From an uncultured virus (IMG/VR IMGVR_UViG_3300047355_000120) (taxonomy: Duplodnaviria > Heunggongvirae > Uroviricota > Caudoviricetes): a stretch of DNA of 20,000 bases. The notes beneath the pieces were generated by a model. It made no database searches, was not told the DNA's origin, and was given only the letters and a program-made list of their open reading frames with translations. The stretch lies in the IMG/VR virus record IMGVR_UViG_3300047355_000120. One strand, written 5' to 3'. The translations under genes and the position numbers were made by a program. Shown here piece after piece: positions 17,783 through 20,000 of the stretch. Numbering within the stretch: position 1 is the first letter of the stretch; each line of letters starts with the position of its first letter.

Positions 17783-17828
17783 TAAATGTAACTAATAAAC
17801 TAAATAATAATAAATAAAATATAATACT

Positions 17829-18056
17829 ATGACTAAATTAACTTCAAAAAGATTTGTAATCAGAAAATCACTAATCGGAAAAAATGTAACTATCGAATTC
17901 ACTAACAAAAAAGGTGTTAAACACACTTACAATCATGATAAAGCGTACAATATCATGAAAGCAAACTTAGAAAAAATGGCCTGCTTCATAAAGTACAAAT
18001 CATACACTGCTACTAATAATATTCCAGTAGTACTAAGAAATGTAGAATTAGTATAA
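17829..18056 (+). CDS. Basic hypothetical protein (75 aa), first gene of the plus-strand arm
   Basis: Lys-rich ORF with A-rich leader downstream of two motif copies. Confidence 0.85.
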   Translation: MTKLTSKRFVIRKSLIGKNVTIEFTNKKGVKHTYNHDKAYNIMKANLEKMACFIKYKSYTATNNIPVVLRNVELV

Positions 18057-18074
18057 TCTACCACTTTAAGTTCC

Positions 18075-18158
18075 ACTTGTTTCTATAAGTATAAAAATGC
18101 GAACAAGTAAAATGTCACTATGGTATACAAGTGTGTTCGATTCACACTGTGACAACTA
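18075..18158 (+). ncRNA. Putative structured RNA: hairpin plus anticodon-less tRNA-like element
   Basis: ACTTGTT/AACAAGT stem (18075-18108), then TGTCAC-TATGGTATACAA-GTGTG-TTCGATT-CACAC-T-GTGACA-ACTA: acceptor-like stem, GG D-loop-like linker and canonical T-arm. Confidence 0.55.
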
Positions 18159-18177
18159 ATCTAATAAATAATTAAAT

Positions 18178-18270
18178 ATGAATAATAACAGAAAATTAAC
18201 TGAAACGCAAAAAGGTAACTTAATACTTACTATCACTTTAATAATAATACTAACAAATATAATATCATGA
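18178..18270 (+). CDS. Small single-pass membrane peptide (30 aa)
   Basis: Translated by hand: MNNNRKLTETQKGNLILTITLIIILTNIIS. A-rich leader; ATGA overlap with the next ORF. Confidence 0.55.
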   Translation: MNNNRKLTETQKGNLILTITLIIILTNIIS

Positions 18271-18407
18271 ATTTAACTAAAATCTACAGCGAACTTCAAC
18301 AAATCGATGAGTTCCACGCTAACTTCAATCCAACTAGTGAATCAAAAGCTAGAATGAGAAAACTAATCTCACTAATACCAATATCTAAATACGATAGAGT
18401 AAGATGA
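18267..18407 (+). CDS. Small hypothetical protein (46 aa)
   Basis: MNLTKIYSELQQIDEFHANFNPTSESKARMRKLISLIPISKYDRVR; ATGA overlaps at both ends. Confidence 0.65.
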   Translation: MNLTKIYSELQQIDEFHANFNPTSESKARMRKLISLIPISKYDRVR

Positions 18408-18547
18408 TATACACTTTAAATACACATTACGCTAAAGATATTGATCTCACTTGGGCAATACTCAGACAAATGAGTGATGAACTAACAAGAGCAGATGTGG
18501 AAGGCATTGTGCTTACACACAAACTAAATACGATTGATAATGGATAA
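18404..18547 (+). CDS. Small hypothetical protein (47 aa)
   Basis: MIYTLNTHYAKDIDLTWAILRQMSDELTRADVEGIVLTHKLNTIDNG; ATGA overlap; 3' end runs through motif copy 3. Confidence 0.6.
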   Translation: MIYTLNTHYAKDIDLTWAILRQMSDELTRADVEGIVLTHKLNTIDNG

Positions 18548-18549
18548 TA
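18518..18549 (+). promoter_or_regulatory. Bipartite early-type motif, copy 3
   Basis: CACAAACTAAATACGA-TTGATAA-TGGATAATA; ATG at 18555. Confidence 0.8.
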
Positions 18550-18554
18550 ATAAT

Positions 18555-18779
18555 ATGAATACAGAATTTAAAGACTATCCCGCTTCAGAAATCAAAGCAA
18601 AGTTACAACAATGTCTTGACTATGAAGCAAAATACGGTGCAATACCACAAGTAACTGCTGTGAAAAAATGGTGTAACAGCTATGAATATCGCAAGCGTGA
18701 GTGGCAATGGCGTCAAAATGTCGCTAAATCAATCAATTTTAACACAGATTACACTAAACCTTATTACAATGAGTTATAA
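18555..18779 (+). CDS. Hypothetical protein (74 aa; start moved from 18534)
   Basis: The track start lies inside motif copy 3. ATG 18555 (MNTEFKDY) matches the motif-to-ATG spacing of copy 5. Confidence 0.75.
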   Translation: MNTEFKDYPASEIKAKLQQCLDYEAKYGAIPQVTAVKKWCNSYEYRKREWQWRQNVAKSINFNTDYTKPYYNEL

Positions 18780-19197
18780 AACATGGAAACTCGAGCAAGA
18801 ATCGTATGAAAATGCATTCGCTAGACGACTACTAGTCGAGTATAATATCAAAGAAGTCACAACACAGCGTCAAGCTAAAAATGGTACAAGAGAATTTGAA
18901 TTTCCTGTGTCAGCAACTTCACCTAAAACTAGGTATACTAACTATAAATCTAAAAATAAACTAAGATTAGCAGTATATAAATCTGGTTATGTAAGAAATG
19001 TAAACTCTTGCTCGTCTAACTATCAACTAAATCCAGTGTACAAATCAGAGCGTAGACAAATGTTTTTAACTGAAGAAGGTAAACTTAAAACATACATTTA
19101 TGATAGTATTACTAGAGTTAAAATATGGAATACTATGGCTAGAATGAAATTTATGCTAGACTTCTATTTAAAAAACTACTTTTATGGTAAATTATAA
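18769..19197 (+). CDS. Basic hypothetical protein (142 aa; start moved from 18682)
   Basis: ATG 18769 (MSYKTWKLEQ) overlaps the upstream gene end by 11 nt instead of ~100 nt. Confidence 0.75.
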   Translation: MSYKTWKLEQESYENAFARRLLVEYNIKEVTTQRQAKNGTREFEFPVSATSPKTRYTNYKSKNKLRLAVYKSGYVRNVNSCSSNYQLNPVYKSERRQMFLTEEGKLKTYIYDSITRVKIWNTMARMKFMLDFYLKNYFYGKL

Positions 19198-19229
19198 TAC
19201 AAACTAAATACGATAACTAACGGATAATA
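19198..19229 (+). promoter_or_regulatory. Bipartite early-type motif, copy 4
   Basis: TACAAACTAAATACGA-TAACTAA-CGGATAATA, fully intergenic; ATG at 19237. Confidence 0.8.
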
Positions 19230-19236
19230 ATTATAT

Positions 19237-19383
19237 ATGAAAAAAATCAAATTCAATCAAGAAACAGGTAATGCTATTATCGAAACAGATAATGGCTACA
19301 AAGCTCTAACTAGACTACATCAAAACACAGAATACACAGATTACTTAAACTGGTATACTATAAATGATAGAATTTATGTGTAG
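19237..19383 (+). CDS. Small hypothetical protein (48 aa)
   Basis: Translated by hand: MKKIKFNQETGNAIIETDNGYKALTRLHQNTEYTDYLNWYTINDRIYV; directly follows motif copy 4. Confidence 0.7.
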   Translation: MKKIKFNQETGNAIIETDNGYKALTRLHQNTEYTDYLNWYTINDRIYV

Positions 19384-19624
19384 TAACATACAAGAGCTGA
19401 AGCAATATGTTGCAAACAAGCGTAAAAAACGTGGTTTTCAACACTATGAGCTTAACAAAGTGCACGGTACTTGTCAACCATTTACCGATCGCGAGTACAA
19501 ACAGGTAAAAATATACCAAAAATCTAACTATAGTAAGCGTAAAAAGCATGTTTACACTAGTTATTGGCGAGAGTATACGCAGAAATATACTGTAGATCAA
19601 CTAAAATTAATAAATAAAGTATGA
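19364..19624 (+). CDS. Basic hypothetical protein (86 aa; alternative start 19376)
   Basis: K/R/Y-rich ORF overlapping both neighbours. Confidence 0.75.
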   Translation: MIEFMCSNIQELKQYVANKRKKRGFQHYELNKVHGTCQPFTDREYKQVKIYQKSNYSKRKKHVYTSYWREYTQKYTVDQLKLINKV

Positions 19625-19824
19625 GTAAAATGAAAATTATAGATGAAATAGCAGATGCTCAAGTCTCTTACATCAAAGAAACATTGTATGATTCTGTTCA
19701 GTGGGCTATTGATGGTTCAGAACTAGATCATAACAAACTAGAAGGTGACGAGTACAATCAATTAATGCACATGATTATGTGTGCTACAATAGAAAAATTA
19801 CATGCAGGATTAGATGAACACTAA
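19621..19824 (+). CDS. Acidic helical hypothetical protein (67 aa)
   Basis: ATGA overlap with the upstream gene; D/E-rich. Confidence 0.75.
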   Translation: MSKMKIIDEIADAQVSYIKETLYDSVQWAIDGSELDHNKLEGDEYNQLMHMIMCATIEKLHAGLDEH

Positions 19825-19948
19825 AAAACTAAGACATAAGCACGTTAAACTACTTAAAATTACTAGGCAAGACGCTGAACGTATAGAACTTGAGTGGTTT
19901 AGGCGTTACAATTTACAAACTAAATACGAAAATAATTGGATAATATAA
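19814..19948 (+). CDS. Small basic hypothetical protein (44 aa)
   Basis: MNTKKLRHKHVKLLKITRQDAERIELEWFRRYNLQTKYENNWII; 3' end runs through motif copy 5. Confidence 0.6.
   Translation: MNTKKLRHKHVKLLKITRQDAERIELEWFRRYNLQTKYENNWII
19914..19945 (+). promoter_or_regulatory. Bipartite early-type motif, copy 5
   Basis: TACAAACTAAATACGA-AAATAAT-TGGATAATA; ATG at 19951. Confidence 0.8.
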
Positions 19949-19950
19949 AT

Positions 19951-20000
19951 ATGAGATGTAAATGTAACAACAAAATACCGGCAGGCAGAATAGCATTAGG
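19951..20000 (+). CDS. Partial gene, probable DksA/TraR-like C4 zinc-finger protein
   Basis: MRCKCNNKIPAGRIAL(G) resembles the C-x(1-2)-C-x-x-x-IP-x-x-R-[LI] first half of the DksA/TraR zinc finger. The second Cys pair is outside the window. Confidence 0.5.
   Translation, partial: MRCKCNNKIPAGRIAL

Noticed and set aside
18113..18158. A bona fide tRNA gene
   Set aside because: Only 46 nt, with no anticodon arm, no D-stem and no encoded CCA. Reported as a tRNA-like element instead.
18385..18410. Sixth copy of the bipartite motif (CTAAATACGA at 18385-18394)
   Set aside because: Only the core of the first block matches. The downstream block is GATGAT and one base too close, so it is at most a degenerate or relic site.
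18534..18768. Track start sites 18534 and 18682
   Set aside because: The first lies inside a promoter-like motif and the second forces a ~100-nt overlap. The ATGs at 18555 and 18769 fit the local pattern better.
19358..19600. 80-aa minus-strand hydrophobic ORF
   Set aside because: Antisense to the Lys-rich plus-strand gene in a uniformly plus-strand array; hydrophobicity is the mirror of AAA-rich codons.
17615..19945. The 32-bp repeats as a CRISPR array
   Set aside because: Spacing is irregular (136-767 bp), whole genes lie between copies, the repeat has a variable internal N7, and there are no cas genes.

Overview
AT-rich tailed bacteriophage DNA, probably from a marine Bacteroidota/Flavobacteriia-type phage (inferred from A-rich starts without Shine-Dalgarno motifs and from the fibre motifs). 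Positions ~1-17262 are a tightly packed minus-strand late module. It holds five large mosaic tail-fibre/receptor-binding genes (two with C-terminal peptidase S74 intramolecular chaperones), a small structural gene, small fibre-associated genes and the first codons of a possible chaperonin at the left edge. A structured non-coding switch region (17263-17828) is followed by a plus-strand array of short, early-type genes. Most notable: (i) DNA-level conserved, CpG-rich or dyad-symmetric boxes delimit modules inside the fibre genes, and an out-of-frame fossil C-terminus points to cassette-style fibre shuffling; (ii) two families of shared N-terminal peptides occur among the fibres; (iii) five copies of a bipartite plus-strand motif ACAAACTAAATACGA-N7-YGGATAATA, three directly abutting start codons, plus a separate minus-strand GTAA-N16-GTGATA motif; (iv) an anticodon-less tRNA-like mini-element at 18113-18158. 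No recombinase, reverse transcriptase, Cas gene or polymerase is visible in the window.
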